From contig JBDNIW010000001.1 of NCBI GenBank assembly GCA_041688155.1, positions 7,319 through 71,318 of the forward strand: a stretch of 64,000 nucleotides of DNA, written 5' to 3'. The stretch is from Minisyncoccota bacterium (lineage in GTDB: Bacteria; Patescibacteriota; Minisyncoccia; Phycocordibacterales; UBA918). The first letter of the stretch is position 1. The number at the start of each line of letters is the position of its first letter. Made by a program: the position numbers and the translations under genes. The notes under the pieces are model-generated. The model saw only the letters and a list, made by a program, of their open reading frames with translations, was not told the origin of the DNA and ran no database searches. Below, piece by piece: positions 27,931 to 38,698 of the stretch.

Positions 27931-28004
27931 GCATTGTGGTAGATTACGGCACATTCAGACGGGTAACTCCGGGTAATTATTAATAGACATACAACCAATT
28001 TGGT

Positions 28005-28628
28005 ATGAAAGCAGCAATCGCAGGGGTGAACATTTCACCAGTAAACATGGTAGAGCGCAAAGAACTCGGTATCAAAGCCGGAGACACCATTCGTGTACAC
28101 CAAAAAATCCAAGACAAGGGAAAAACTCGAATCCAGATTTTTGAAGGACTCGTGTTGGCTCGAAAACACGGTACTGAACCAGGCGCAACGTTTACCGTTC
28201 GCAAAGTAGCCAGTGGCGTCGGCGTAGAGAAAATCTATCCCCTCTACTCACCAATGATCGACAAACTAGAAATCGTCAAACGATCAAAAGTCCGCCGAGC
28301 CAAGCTGTACTTCATCCGCGAAAAAGTAGCTCGAGAAATCAAACGACAAATGCGTCGCATGACTCTCGCTACAATCTCAACCGAATCAGCCGTTGAAGTG
28401 GAAGCCCGAGCGGCCGCCGAAGCAAAACTAGCTGAGGAAGAAGCCGCGAAAGCCGCCGAAATGGAAGCCGCCGCAACAGCCGAAGCTGAAGCCAAAGCCG
28501 CCGAAGCTGCAGTAGCAGAAACCCCAGCTGAAGCCGTCGTTGAACCAGTGGCAACCTCAGAAGAGTCAGCCTCAGAAGAAGCAAAAACTGACGCCTCAGG
28601 CGATTCGGCAGAAGTTAAAAAAGACTAA
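28005..28628 (+). CDS. rplS: 50S ribosomal protein L19 with Ala/Glu-rich C-terminal extension
   Basis: GDTIRV, RIQIFEG, GVGVEK, VRRAKLYFIR. Confidence 0.95.
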   Translation: MKAAIAGVNISPVNMVERKELGIKAGDTIRVHQKIQDKGKTRIQIFEGLVLARKHGTEPGATFTVRKVASGVGVEKIYPLYSPMIDKLEIVKRSKVRRAKLYFIREKVAREIKRQMRRMTLATISTESAVEVEARAAAEAKLAEEEAAKAAEMEAAATAEAEAKAAEAAVAETPAEAVVEPVATSEESASEEAKTDASGDSAEVKKD

Positions 28629-28766
28629 CTCCAACAAAAAACAGCGGCTCATGGGTCGCTGTTTTTTTTGTTTGATGTTGTATACAGTCAACCTATCATA
28701 TCTACCCCGCAAACTTGCAAAAGCCCAAGAAATCTTTACAATGACCGGGCTGAATAAGCAGTAGAT

Positions 28767-28848
28767 GTCCACGTGGAGAAATTGGTAAACTCGTACGCTT
28801 GAGGGGTGTATGCCTAACAGCTTGCTGGTTCAAGTCCAGTCGTGGACA
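28767..28848 (+). tRNA. tRNA-Leu(GAG)
   Basis: TACGC-TTGAGGG-GTGTA anticodon arm, variable arm, GGTTCAAGTCC; followed by a plain terminator hairpin. Confidence 0.9.
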
Positions 28849-28930
28849 CAAAGCCATACGAAAACCGGCGTAACCGCCGGTTTTTGTATGGCTGGTTACT
28901 AGATACTTTATAATTAGGTACAATAGCTCC

Positions 28931-29410
28931 ATGAGAAAGATATGGAATCGACCGGCTTGGCCGGTGTGGAGTGTGAGTACCAGTGACGCTACTGGACAGG
29001 GGAATATGAACATCGCAACCTATGTGCAGGCGGTGTCACTCGACCCCAAGCTGATGACTATTGCCCTGTATAACCACACCAAAACGCTCAAGAACGTACA
29101 GCAGACCAAGCGGGCGTTACTCCAACTCCTGCCCGAGTCACTAGCGCCAGTGGTGCGTATCTGTGGTCAGCAATCTGGCAATCATATCGACAAAATCACC
29201 CGGCTGCAAAAACGATTTATTTTAGCCCAGTGTAACGAGCTGTATTACTTGGCAGACGCCGCTGGGTATGTCGAGCTAGCGTTGGTTGATCTACACGATG
29301 TTAGAGGTGACCATAGGTTGGGGACGTTCACAGTGGGGAAGCAGAAAAACCTGCACGACGAACCAATCTTGACCACTGACTTTCTACGGGAGCATAAATA
29401 CATCCGCTAG
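28931..29410 (+). CDS. Flavin reductase-like protein
   Basis: NMNIAT..VSLDP, SG..IDK, GDH motifs. Confidence 0.75.
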   Translation: MRKIWNRPAWPVWSVSTSDATGQGNMNIATYVQAVSLDPKLMTIALYNHTKTLKNVQQTKRALLQLLPESLAPVVRICGQQSGNHIDKITRLQKRFILAQCNELYYLADAAGYVELALVDLHDVRGDHRLGTFTVGKQKNLHDEPILTTDFLREHKYIR

Positions 29411-29519
29411 CAATCTGCTATAGACAAAAGAAGTGTTTTGTGCCATTGTACTGATAGCTGATCTTCGACTGTATCGAGACTCATATATAACCCTTTATTC
29501 CCTTGAAAGGAGAATAGCT

Positions 29520-30035
29520 ATGCGGTTTATTCTTGCGCTATGCTTGATTGTGTTTGGCTTCGCAGCATCTGCACAAACGCAACCACTTATCTTGTTCACC
29601 GAATCGCCTGTAAAATGCGTGCGACTGCCTGGTATGGTGACTCTGTTTAATCGGGTCGTCAACGAGCAGCAGGTCATGCCGCCGATGAGCACCGATGTGT
29701 TTCGAGGCAACGGTGACTGTACGTATAACTTCCGTCCGTACACCGCCGATCGGCAAGAAGCGATTCGGGCTGGTGTATCTGGTGCTCAGTCCCTGGGCGG
29801 TTTTATCGGCTGGATTGAAACTGAGCGCTGGCTCATCGCTGTCGAGCACATTGGTATGCTCGACCGTGCGATGGAGACAGCTTATCGGCCAGGAGCAATT
29901 CTGGATCGGAATCGGTGGACACTGCCTCGACACTGCTTCAATCTGACGCAGACGTTCGGCGGTGTTCGCATTGTTGGCCACCAGTTAGACTGGCGTGGCC
30001 AAGAGTGGAATTGTAACCAACCGGTTTTGCGTTGA
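29520..30035 (+). CDS. Secreted hypothetical protein
   Basis: AAGGAG RBS, signal peptide MRFILAL...ASAQ, terminator downstream. Confidence 0.7.
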   Translation: MRFILALCLIVFGFAASAQTQPLILFTESPVKCVRLPGMVTLFNRVVNEQQVMPPMSTDVFRGNGDCTYNFRPYTADRQEAIRAGVSGAQSLGGFIGWIETERWLIAVEHIGMLDRAMETAYRPGAILDRNRWTLPRHCFNLTQTFGGVRIVGHQLDWRGQEWNCNQPVLR

Positions 30036-30102
30036 ATTAAGTACAGCAAAAGCCCCGCAAAAACGTGGGGCTTTTTTATTGTTGGTTTTTCTCTGGTGTT
30101 GG

Positions 30103-30717
30103 TTAGAGTTCACAAGTCAGTCCACATTCCTCATCAGGCGCCACGCCTCGCTCGGGGCAAGTGCCGCTGTAGAAACAAGCGTCGTCGGGGATGGCCACTT
30201 TGTACGTTGCCAAGTTTGGGTTGTCGCTACTGCCGTAGTAGAGCAGCAGTCGGTCGTTATCAACCGGTACGTACTGCGTGATGGGGTCGGGGTACTGCTC
30301 GCCGTTGATGTATAGCACTAGCTGGTCGGTGTCAGTGGTACAGAACTGGTTATCCAGCGTCACACACGTATCAGTTAGTACAATGCCAAGTGAGCCAAGA
30401 AACTCGGCAAAAGTAATGTCAACGTCGTGGATGTGCATCATGTCACCGTTGTTGTCGTGCAAGTGAGCGTGCTCGTGCAGTTCTTGCTGACTAGTGGTCT
30501 GGAACGCGTCGCCTGATAATTCAACCAACGTGTCGCCCACGATGATATGGAAATCAGCGTGGACGTGGTACTTACTATCAAACGGATCAGCAATCGGGTG
30601 GTTGTCCTGGTGATTGGTATGGTCGTCCATACCGTACATGGTCATTAGTAACCCCATCCCGATACTCAGTCCGAGTCCAGCAACAAAAGAAACAATTTCG
30701 GCACGTTGTATGTTCAT
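30103..30717 (-). CDS. Membrane-anchored His/Cys-rich hypothetical protein
   Basis: TM anchor; HVHADF, HAHLHD, MHIH; C-terminal Cys cluster. Confidence 0.7.
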   Translation of the reverse strand: MNIQRAEIVSFVAGLGLSIGMGLLMTMYGMDDHTNHQDNHPIADPFDSKYHVHADFHIIVGDTLVELSGDAFQTTSQQELHEHAHLHDNNGDMMHIHDVDITFAEFLGSLGIVLTDTCVTLDNQFCTTDTDQLVLYINGEQYPDPITQYVPVDNDRLLLYYGSSDNPNLATYKVAIPDDACFYSGTCPERGVAPDEECGLTCEL

Positions 30718-30759
30718 GGGGTCAGTGTAGCGATTTTGGACTCGCCTGTCTACAATTCA

Positions 30760-32124
30760 TTATTCCTGGGTTGTTATATTGATACTAGGAGTTGGTAGGG
30801 TCGGCTGGGGACTGACGATGAGTAGTAAGTCTTCAGCACCTAGTCTGGTTTGTAGCCATAGTTTAAATCCGTCCGCTTCGGAGATGGTTAGTGGGACGGC
30901 GGTGGCGTCGGTGTAGAGTAGGACAATGGTTTGGTTCTGCGCACTCGCTTCAGCTGTCCCGGACTCGATAGTTCCGATAGCGATGTTTTGCACCAGTCGG
31001 TTGATGGCTCGGGCCTCACCCAGTAATCGTGCGGGGCTTTCAAATGACTGTTGTTCAGCCTCCAGGCGCGCTTCGAGCGCCGAGACTTTGTCTTCGTCAC
31101 CGCGTATCTCGTTTAGGGCCGTGGTCCACTCTTCTTCAGTCAGAGCAAACGAGTTTTGGCGGATATTCAAACTGGTGTTGTCTAACCCAAATTCTGGCAA
31201 CCTGTCGGCAAACGCAGCTATCTCGATGTCAGAGAACCGCTTCGCCAGGAAGGCAACCTCGATGCGGCTATCAGTGCGGCTGTAGGCGACGTCGCGGTGG
31301 ATCACGACGTAGCCCTGCGCTTCAAACACGTCGCGGATATACAATTCGGCGTTTTGGTTAAAGTTGTTCTGCCCGACAAATGTGTAGGCGAGGTAGGCAG
31401 CTGGACTGACGATAATTACGATAATAATCGTAATAAAGTGGTTGACCCGCTTACGGTGTACCAAGTCGGGGTATTCTCGCTTGGGTAGTTTGAGATAGCG
31501 CGATACGACGAGTGCCGACAGACAGATGAAAATACAGTTGATCAGAAAGAGGTAGAACGCACCGTAGACAAAGTTCCACTGTAGCGTCGCAATCCCGTAC
31601 CCAACGGTACATAGTGGCGGCATGATGGCGGTTGCAATCGCCACCCCGGGGATGATGTTGCCGTGGCGCGCGCGACTGATGCCGATGAACCCAGCCATCC
31701 CTCCAAACACCGCAATTAACACGTCAAAGATAGTCGGTGACGTCCGGGCTAGCAGTTCCGATTGTGCGTTACTAATTGGCGACAAGGCGAAGTAGATAGT
31801 CGAGACGGTGATACTGATGGCCGTGAGGAGGAGTAAGTTGCGGAACGAGCGTCGCATCAGACCCCAGTCGTAGATAGCCAATGACATTCCCAGACTCACA
31901 ATTGGTCCCATCAACGGTGAGATAAGCATGGCGCCGATGATGACTGGAATCGAGTTGATGTTCAATCCGACCGAACAGGCACCAATCGCAAATATCAGCA
32001 CCCAGACCCGCGCACTACTGACGTCTGAGTCGTCTTTGATGTTGTCGATAATAGTGCGGCGATCCTCAGCGCCTTCACGCAAATCAAAAAGTTTCTTAAA
32101 AAATTGCTGTACGGATTTGGTCAT
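30760..32124 (-). CDS. DUF389 family membrane protein
   Basis: IIGAMLISPLMGPI, ELLART.P, PGVAIATAIMPPL. Confidence 0.9.
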   Translation of the reverse strand: MTKSVQQFFKKLFDLREGAEDRRTIIDNIKDDSDVSSARVWVLIFAIGACSVGLNINSIPVIIGAMLISPLMGPIVSLGMSLAIYDWGLMRRSFRNLLLLTAISITVSTIYFALSPISNAQSELLARTSPTIFDVLIAVFGGMAGFIGISRARHGNIIPGVAIATAIMPPLCTVGYGIATLQWNFVYGAFYLFLINCIFICLSALVVSRYLKLPKREYPDLVHRKRVNHFITIIIVIIVSPAAYLAYTFVGQNNFNQNAELYIRDVFEAQGYVVIHRDVAYSRTDSRIEVAFLAKRFSDIEIAAFADRLPEFGLDNTSLNIRQNSFALTEEEWTTALNEIRGDEDKVSALEARLEAEQQSFESPARLLGEARAINRLVQNIAIGTIESGTAEASAQNQTIVLLYTDATAVPLTISEADGFKLWLQTRLGAEDLLLIVSPQPTLPTPSINITTQE

Positions 32125-32187
32125 AGTATTTGGACTGTTGGACGTAAGTATACCAGCCTGGTTCGGTTGTATTTGCGGGAGTGCTGC

Positions 32188-33657
32188 TTATCTATCCAGC
32201 TGGGCAAAATACGCCGCACTGGTGGTTTGGAAAGTAGCTTTTTTCTCGTCGGACATCTTCTCGAGCAATCGCGGCATCATCGACAGGCGATAGTTAGACG
32301 AGAAAAAGTCCCGGTGCGTCCCGATGAACCGCCAGTACAAACTAGTCCAGACCTGCTCCCAGTCACCTGAGGGATAGTCAGACATTTTGCGGATATAGTT
32401 GCTACCCGAGATATATGGTTTGGTTGCAAACGACCCACCGTCTGCAAACTGACTCATACCATAGACATTTGGCACCATCACCCAGTCGTACGCGTCGACG
32501 TACATTGCCATGAACCATTTGTAGACTTCGTCCGGGTGAATCTCGCTCAGCAACATCACGTTCCCCAGCACCATCAAGCGGTCGATGTGGTGGTTATAGC
32601 CGTATGTGAGTGCAGTTTTGATGGCGTCATCGACCGGGTCGACCGTCGTGGTGCCGTCCCAAAATGAGTTGGGAAGGGTACGTCTGTGCTGCCAGAAATT
32701 CTGGGTCCGCATACTACTTCCGTCACACTCGTACGCCGCACGGATGAATTCCCGCCAGCCAATGATTTGCCGGACAAATCCTTCAACGTTATTGAGGGCG
32801 ATGTTATGTTTGGTTGCGTACGCGAGCACAGCCTCTACCACTTGCATCGGTGTCAGCAATCCGAGGTTTAAGAGAGGAGAGAGTGTGGAATGAAACAGTC
32901 GAGTGTGCTTCGTGGTCAACGCGTCTTCGTAGGTGCCAAAGTTATGGAACCGGTCCTCTAGGAATGCCTGGAGGAATTCCGCAGCGGCCGCGTGGGTATA
33001 TGGTACCCACACGTGTGTCTCGCCATATAGTTCACCCTTGATTTTCTCGAGCCACACGATTGCCGCGGTAACCTCAGCGTTGTCAAACGGCGTGATGTCT
33101 GCCGGCAACTCAATCTGCTCGGGTAATTTCTTCCGGTTAGCTTCGTCAAAACTCCACTGGCCACCGGTGGGTTCACCGTCGGAGTCGATCAAGATGTTTT
33201 TGTCTTGGCGGAGTTTCTTGTAGAAAGCCGCCAGGTGTTTTTTAGATTTCTCATAGCGTGCAATGGCGTCGGCTTTCTCAAGTAGGAACAACGGTGACTC
33301 GTAGCGCTCTAGTGTAAATGCATGCTTGTTTGTGGCAGTAGTGATTCGTGTTTCGAGCCAGTAATCGGTCGTATCGACGATGTGCAATTGCTCAATATCG
33401 TCAGCAGCGATTTTGATAAAGACAGATGTGGTGTTGGGGTATTGCAATACGTCGAGGTAAGTCACAGTGAATCCTTGTTTTTCAAGTTGGATTTTATACG
33501 CCTGGAGTGAGAGTCGATGTAGGAGTAATTTCTGCCGGTGGGTAGGGAACTCGGTCAGAAATAGTGATTCTTCAACTAAATACACCGGCCGCTCTGGAGC
33601 CAGCGCAGGGTGATCAGCGAACAACTGATGCGGGTAAATAATAGTCGCGTCTTTCAT
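32188..33657 (-). CDS. Cryptochrome/photolyase-related protein, bacterial (6-4) photolyase type
   Basis: [52 protein letters not shown]. Confidence 0.92.
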   Translation of the reverse strand: MKDATIIYPHQLFADHPALAPERPVYLVEESLFLTEFPTHRQKLLLHRLSLQAYKIQLEKQGFTVTYLDVLQYPNTTSVFIKIAADDIEQLHIVDTTDYWLETRITTATNKHAFTLERYESPLFLLEKADAIARYEKSKKHLAAFYKKLRQDKNILIDSDGEPTGGQWSFDEANRKKLPEQIELPADITPFDNAEVTAAIVWLEKIKGELYGETHVWVPYTHAAAAEFLQAFLEDRFHNFGTYEDALTTKHTRLFHSTLSPLLNLGLLTPMQVVEAVLAYATKHNIALNNVEGFVRQIIGWREFIRAAYECDGSSMRTQNFWQHRRTLPNSFWDGTTTVDPVDDAIKTALTYGYNHHIDRLMVLGNVMLLSEIHPDEVYKWFMAMYVDAYDWVMVPNVYGMSQFADGGSFATKPYISGSNYIRKMSDYPSGDWEQVWTSLYWRFIGTHRDFFSSNYRLSMMPRLLEKMSDEKKATFQTTSAAYFAQLDR

Positions 33658-33816
33658 AGGGGTGAGTATACTAGAAACCGTTATGGCAGTAAAAGTACCA
33701 GAATCCAAAATATGTCCCGTCTGCAAACGGCCGTTTTCCAATCGCAAAAGCTGGCGCGCTCGCGGACAATGGGAGCAGGTGGTGTATTGTTCTGACCGCT
33801 GCCGCAAACAAAAACT

Positions 33817-34893
33817 ATGAATCCACATCTCACCCACACAAAAATCCTCGAGCAGATTGATTTGATTGATCCGGTCAAGTACGCCAAAACCCGCAACCAC
33901 CTGACTGGTGCGGTGACACACCTGTCGCCGTACATCACCCGTGGGATTATTACGCTGCCAGAAATCAGGGAGCGGTTACTCGCAAAACACTCGTACGACG
34001 ATTGTGAGAAATTAATCCAGGAATTGGCCTGGCGCGAATACTTCCAAAAAGTGTTTACTGAAAAAGGCGAGATGATTTTTGCTGACCTGCGGTTTACCCG
34101 TGATGACTGGCGACACAATCAGCTGGCGTCAGGTATCGTCGATGCTACCACCGGTATAAATACCATTGACGAGGCAGTCACGCAGCTGTACGCCACTGGT
34201 TACATGCACAACCACGCCCGCATGTGGACGGCGATGCTGTCCTCAAATGTCGCCAAAGCAAACTGGACCACCATGAGTCGGTGGATGTACTATCACTTGA
34301 TAGATGGGGATCTGGCGTCCAATACACTGTCCTGGCAGTGGGTGTCTGGTACCAGTATCAATAAACAATACGTTGCGAACCAAGAGTTGATCAACGCCTG
34401 CATCCCACATAGTCAGCGTGATACATATATAGCTGTACCTCGGGAAGAAGTAGGGACGATCCCACTTCCAACCGAACTAGAACTATCACGACCGTTTGAC
34501 TTACAAACTGAGTATCCAACTAGCGCCCTCATCCCAGACCTCACTGACAAGAACGTATTTCTCTATCATCCGTGGAGTATCAACGCCGCCTGGCGTGCAG
34601 AGGAAGTGGGGGAGCGAATATTTATAATTGAACCCAGACTGTTCGACAAACATCCAGTTTCAAATCGAGTACTGGAACATATGTTAGCCGTCCTGCAGAC
34701 TCAAGTTCCAAGTGCCAACATCTACGTCGGCAACGTCGAAACCCTGCCCGGCATTACCCAGGCGACCGTGTATTCACAAACTCATCCAACTACGACGCAT
34801 TACCCCGGAACCCACGACGCTGTACCAGAACTATTCCCCGAGGTACACGGCTACTACCCCAGTTTTTTCAAATTCTGGGAAGCAACCAAGTAG
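33817..34893 (+). CDS. Short photolyase-like protein (FAD-binding domain first)
   Basis: [44 protein letters not shown]. Confidence 0.9.
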   Translation: MNPHLTHTKILEQIDLIDPVKYAKTRNHLTGAVTHLSPYITRGIITLPEIRERLLAKHSYDDCEKLIQELAWREYFQKVFTEKGEMIFADLRFTRDDWRHNQLASGIVDATTGINTIDEAVTQLYATGYMHNHARMWTAMLSSNVAKANWTTMSRWMYYHLIDGDLASNTLSWQWVSGTSINKQYVANQELINACIPHSQRDTYIAVPREEVGTIPLPTELELSRPFDLQTEYPTSALIPDLTDKNVFLYHPWSINAAWRAEEVGERIFIIEPRLFDKHPVSNRVLEHMLAVLQTQVPSANIYVGNVETLPGITQATVYSQTHPTTTHYPGTHDAVPELFPEVHGYYPSFFKFWEATK

Positions 34894-34951
34894 ACAGTAG
34901 GAAGTCACCTAGACTGCAAATCACTTGCATTAATGTCAACATGACTGTATC

Positions 34952-35806
34952 ATGCAAACCACTTGCATTATGATTTTAGGATTTTTAGGAAAAGGCGGTA
35001 GTGGCAAATCATCAGTTTCAACCCAGATGGCTTTATGGCTGCAGGCACAGGGTAAGTCTGTGCTCGCCATCGACGCTGACCACAACATGGATTTGTCCTA
35101 CAACTTGGGGTACGAAGGTGCTGGCCCGTACATCGGAGGTTCTTTTCTACCACTGCGAGAAGAGTTGGGCTTGGTGGGGCACGAGCCAACGGAGGGATTG
35201 TTTACTGGCCCCGTTCCCACCCACCGGTTTTCATTTTCTACCCCTGATCCATACAGCGCACAGTACGTACACCCACTCGCGGACAACCTGTCACTAATGC
35301 TATCTGGTCCGCAACACGACCAGGTGTTGTATGGAGCACACTGCAGTCACTCGCTCGCAGCACCACTCAAAATTTATTTACCCCTACTGGACTTGGCTCA
35401 AAATGAAGTGGTTGTAGTCGATGAGAAAGCGAGCGTGGACGCAGTTAGTACGGGGATTCCAACTGGGTTTGACGTGGCAATAGTGGTGGCTGAACCACGT
35501 CCGCATAGTCTGCGGGTAGCCAAACAAATCCTCGAACTGTTGACCTGGTACGACGTTCCGGCTATTACGGTGCTTAACAAAATGCAGTCAGATTCAGACT
35601 GGACAATGTTTGCTGGGGCGTTGGGGGTTGAGCCGGCCGCGTCGCTTCCGTTTGCTAGTGGTATCGCAGATGGATTACTGAGTACCGGCCAATTTGACCA
35701 ACTGTACGCCGCCGCCCAAACAGCCCAATCACAGACGACACGACTTGATCGCACTATCAATAAATATAAACGCAACACCGAGTTTCAGGCTACTCAACCA
35801 GCATAG
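34952..35806 (+). CDS. CooC/ParA/MinD-family P-loop ATPase
   Basis: GKGGSGKS deviant Walker A, IDAD, VVDEKA, VLNK. Confidence 0.85.
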   Translation: MQTTCIMILGFLGKGGSGKSSVSTQMALWLQAQGKSVLAIDADHNMDLSYNLGYEGAGPYIGGSFLPLREELGLVGHEPTEGLFTGPVPTHRFSFSTPDPYSAQYVHPLADNLSLMLSGPQHDQVLYGAHCSHSLAAPLKIYLPLLDLAQNEVVVVDEKASVDAVSTGIPTGFDVAIVVAEPRPHSLRVAKQILELLTWYDVPAITVLNKMQSDSDWTMFAGALGVEPAASLPFASGIADGLLSTGQFDQLYAAAQTAQSQTTRLDRTINKYKRNTEFQATQPA

Positions 35807-35891
35807 TTGGCAGCGCTAGGTTTTGCAGCTGCAAAACCTAGCGCTGCCTGCGATGAAGCGGGTAGCCATAGATAAAAGGAGTTCCTAAAAA

Positions 35892-36155
35892 ATGACCTCA
35901 CCTTGTGGCGGATGTCCGCCTTGCTGCAAACGTTGCGTCTTTGACGCTGTCGGTCAGTTGGTCTCAGCGGCCGCTGCGGCCACAACTGTCGTCACGGCCG
36001 ACGACTATGGCTGTGTCAAAGGCTTTGGCAACATCCAAGTCAGAGGCGGTCGGCTGGGGCAGATGCGCAACGACGCATTTCACCAAGTGACTGTCGCTGG
36101 CGCCAAGTTCCTGCGCCTGACTGGCAACCCGCTGGCCAATCATTTGGCCACGTAA
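35892..36155 (+). CDS. Small hypothetical protein with Cys-rich N-terminus
   Basis: AAGGAG upstream; CGGCPPCCKRC. Confidence 0.4.
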   Translation: MTSPCGGCPPCCKRCVFDAVGQLVSAAAAATTVVTADDYGCVKGFGNIQVRGGRLGQMRNDAFHQVTVAGAKFLRLTGNPLANHLAT

Positions 36156-36555
36156 AGTCACAGTGACCCGCCCACAACAGTGGAGCGGGTCATTTTTATG
36201 CTTTATAATAAACAACATGTCACAACCACAACAATTATTAGCCGCTATCCATTCCCTCACCTAGGTATGTGCGGCGTCTGCGGATTACCGACCACTCACG
36301 TTAGTACGCTACAAGCGGCTAGCCTGATCCCGATATTTTTATTTGTATTTGGGACGTTCGTCTGGGCGTGGTGGATGGTCACTCGGTTACGGATTGAAAA
36401 CTATTTTCTCAACCGATATCAACAAATTGCTGGCCTATTACGCAGACGATAGTGGGGGCAAAATCTCTGGAGGAAAGGCTTCCGGGTTGTGCTGCACGCA
36501 GCGGAATGTGTTACGTAGCTTGCTACGTAACACACTCCATAGCATACTAAGGCTA

Positions 36556-36714
36556 ATGGAAAAACACATTCGTAAAGTCACTCGGGTCGGGAAGCGAAGT
36601 TTGTCTGTGGTGATACCGGCAGACATTGTCAGGGAGTTAGGAATACGCGAACGTCAAAAACTCGTCGTGCGCCGCTCAGGGCAAAAGATAATCATCGAAG
36701 ACTGGAAAGAGTAA
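36556..36714 (+). CDS. Stand-alone AbrB/MazE/SpoVT DNA-binding protein
   Basis: RKVTRVGKRSLSVVIPADIVRELGI. Confidence 0.8.
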   Translation: MEKHIRKVTRVGKRSLSVVIPADIVRELGIRERQKLVVRRSGQKIIIEDWKE

Positions 36715-36825
36715 CCCCGGAGGTCAAGTTGCAACCAATATTAGTAATCCTACCAAGCACTACGCAGGCGGGTCCTCTAGGGATATTTTGTTTGACAAAA
36801 GTTTGACAATTGCTACACTGTATAC

Positions 36826-37074
36826 ATGAAAACAAAACCAGCGACTCAGATTGGGATGCGTGAATTCTTGCGTAATATAAAAAGCGTCAAAACCGCTGTC
36901 GGAAATGGGGAAGAGTTCGAGGTACTTGATCACGCGACGCCGGTGTTCAAAGTAGTGCCTACAAAAGCGAGCAAGAGTCATAAATACACCTTTGCTGACC
37001 TATCCCAATTCCAGTTCAACGCTGGTCCAAAAACTCTCGCCGCAGACGTAGATGGTCTGGTTTATGGCAACTAA
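36826..37074 (+). CDS. Phd/YefM-type antitoxin
   Basis: IGMREFLRN...GEEFEV..HATPVFKVVP; overlaps PIN gene. Confidence 0.75.
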   Translation: MKTKPATQIGMREFLRNIKSVKTAVGNGEEFEVLDHATPVFKVVPTKASKSHKYTFADLSQFQFNAGPKTLAADVDGLVYGN

Positions 37075-37453
37075 AGCAATTATATTTGATAGTAATGTTT
37101 GGATTGGGTATTTTAACGTCAGTGACACCACGCACAAGCGGGCAGTGGCAGTGTTCGAGAAACACAGTGGACAGAGCATCATCTTAACCGAATACATTCT
37201 GCTCGAAGTAGCCACCGTACTCAAACAACAAATCGGTCCAGTAGCCACAAGCAGAATCATCACCGCTCTCCTACAGACCGACACGATTCAGGTGCTAGAA
37301 AGCGCAGCCTATTTCCAAGCAACCCTCCAACAATTTTTAACCACAAAAGAGAAACATCTATCGTTCGTAGACACATCGCTGTTGACCCTAGCGAACGATT
37401 TCACGATAGTGACGTTTGATAAAAAGCTAGCAGCTGCGCTGAGGGGTAGCTGA
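37064..37453 (+). CDS. PIN-domain (VapC) toxin
   Basis: IFDSNVWI, ILLE, LSFVD, TFD. Confidence 0.88.
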   Translation: MATKAIIFDSNVWIGYFNVSDTTHKRAVAVFEKHSGQSIILTEYILLEVATVLKQQIGPVATSRIITALLQTDTIQVLESAAYFQATLQQFLTTKEKHLSFVDTSLLTLANDFTIVTFDKKLAAALRGS

Positions 37454-37540
37454 AAATTGTGGCTGACCCTAATTATCTCTACGGGGGGGGGCTGTGTCCG
37501 GCGGAAGGACCTCCGGGTTCTTTTTGCTATACTGGGACAT

Positions 37541-38680
37541 ATGAAAAAGGTTTTGTTGGGGATTGGGTTACTAGTTTTGGTCGCTATGGTTGGGGTGTGG
37601 TACCTAGCGCCTTGGCAGTCTCCATCATTACAGACTCCAGTGTATGTTGCACCAGTTACCGAGTCTGCTGTAGAGAGTGCTGAGTCAGTCGAATCAAAAG
37701 TTGCACTTGAAGTCGTGGCTGAAGGCTTAACCGTGCCGTGGGAAGTTCTGTTTTTGCCTGACGGAGAACTGTTGGTGACTGAGCGGCCGGGTCGAGTGGT
37801 GTTGCTGCCGTCTGGTCGCCTGTATGAGGTAGCTGAGGTGTCGAGTACCGGTGAGGGTGGGCTGCTTGGAGCGGCGCTTCATCCTGATTTTGCGCGTAAC
37901 AACTGGGTGTATCTGTATCAGACGACAGAGGATGGGCTGGGATTAAAAAACAAAGTGGTGCGGTACGTGCTGACTGATGAGAGTCTGACGCGTGACCGAA
38001 TTATTTTTGATGACATCCCTGGCGCGCGGTTCCATGATGGGGGACGGATTGCGTTTGGTCCCGACGGGTACCTGTATGTGACGGTCGGCGATGCCCTGCG
38101 CGCGGACGAAGCCGCCAACCCAACCACGCTCGAAGGCACGCTGCTACGCCTGACCGACGAAGGTGAGCCAGCGCCGGGCAATCCGTTTGATACTGCCGTG
38201 TATTCCTACGGTCACCGCAACGCGCAGGGATTAGCTTGGGACCCGGCCGGCAATCTATGGAGTAGCGAGCACGGGCGGTCAGTCGGTGGCTCAGGCTACG
38301 ACGAGATCAACCTGATTACTCCGGGCAGTAACTATGGCTGGCCAGATTCAGAAGGGGAGACGGTAGCGGATGGCACTGTCGCGCCAGCCTGGCACTCGAC
38401 CGCCGACATCACCTGGGCACCTGGCGGCCTGGCGTATCACGAGGGTAGTCTATACATGCCCGGCCTGCGCGGACAGACATTATACGAAGCCGTCCTCGAT
38501 GGCACTGAAATAATCGCCTGGCACGAACACCTAGTCGGACAATACGGCCGCCTGCGCACCGTAGTAGTCAGCCCAGACGGCTACCTGTACCTGACCACCA
38601 GCAACCAAGACGGCCGTGGCGACCCAACCCCAACCGACGATAGGCTGATTCGTTTGGATCCGGCGCAGTTGGAGCGATAA
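37541..38680 (+). CDS. PQQ-dependent sugar dehydrogenase (GSDH family)
   Basis: PW..FLPDG, TERPG, GEGGLLG, HDGGRIAFGPDG, GHRNAQG. Confidence 0.92.
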   Translation: MKKVLLGIGLLVLVAMVGVWYLAPWQSPSLQTPVYVAPVTESAVESAESVESKVALEVVAEGLTVPWEVLFLPDGELLVTERPGRVVLLPSGRLYEVAEVSSTGEGGLLGAALHPDFARNNWVYLYQTTEDGLGLKNKVVRYVLTDESLTRDRIIFDDIPGARFHDGGRIAFGPDGYLYVTVGDALRADEAANPTTLEGTLLRLTDEGEPAPGNPFDTAVYSYGHRNAQGLAWDPAGNLWSSEHGRSVGGSGYDEINLITPGSNYGWPDSEGETVADGTVAPAWHSTADITWAPGGLAYHEGSLYMPGLRGQTLYEAVLDGTEIIAWHEHLVGQYGRLRTVVVSPDGYLYLTTSNQDGRGDPTPTDDRLIRLDPAQLER

Positions 38681-38698
38681 TTAAAGCATCTGAGAGGA

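Noticed and set aside
28849-28900. Trailer element after tRNA-Leu
   Set aside because: Only a simple terminator hairpin with no tRNA-end copies; serves as a negative control
33658-33921. Long N-terminal extension of the (6-4) photolyase; likewise extended starts of PilB, acyP, rpsT and the sigma factor
   Set aside because: They overlap neighbours or promoters; internal ATGs fit the family N-termini and the -10 spacing
36180-36452. Small membrane protein
   Set aside because: Start is ambiguous and no family motif is recognisable, so it is not supportable
37483-37491. Poly-G tract as a phase-variation switch (also poly-C near 9993)
   Set aside because: Both are intergenic, outside evident promoter spacers, and there is no evidence of length variation
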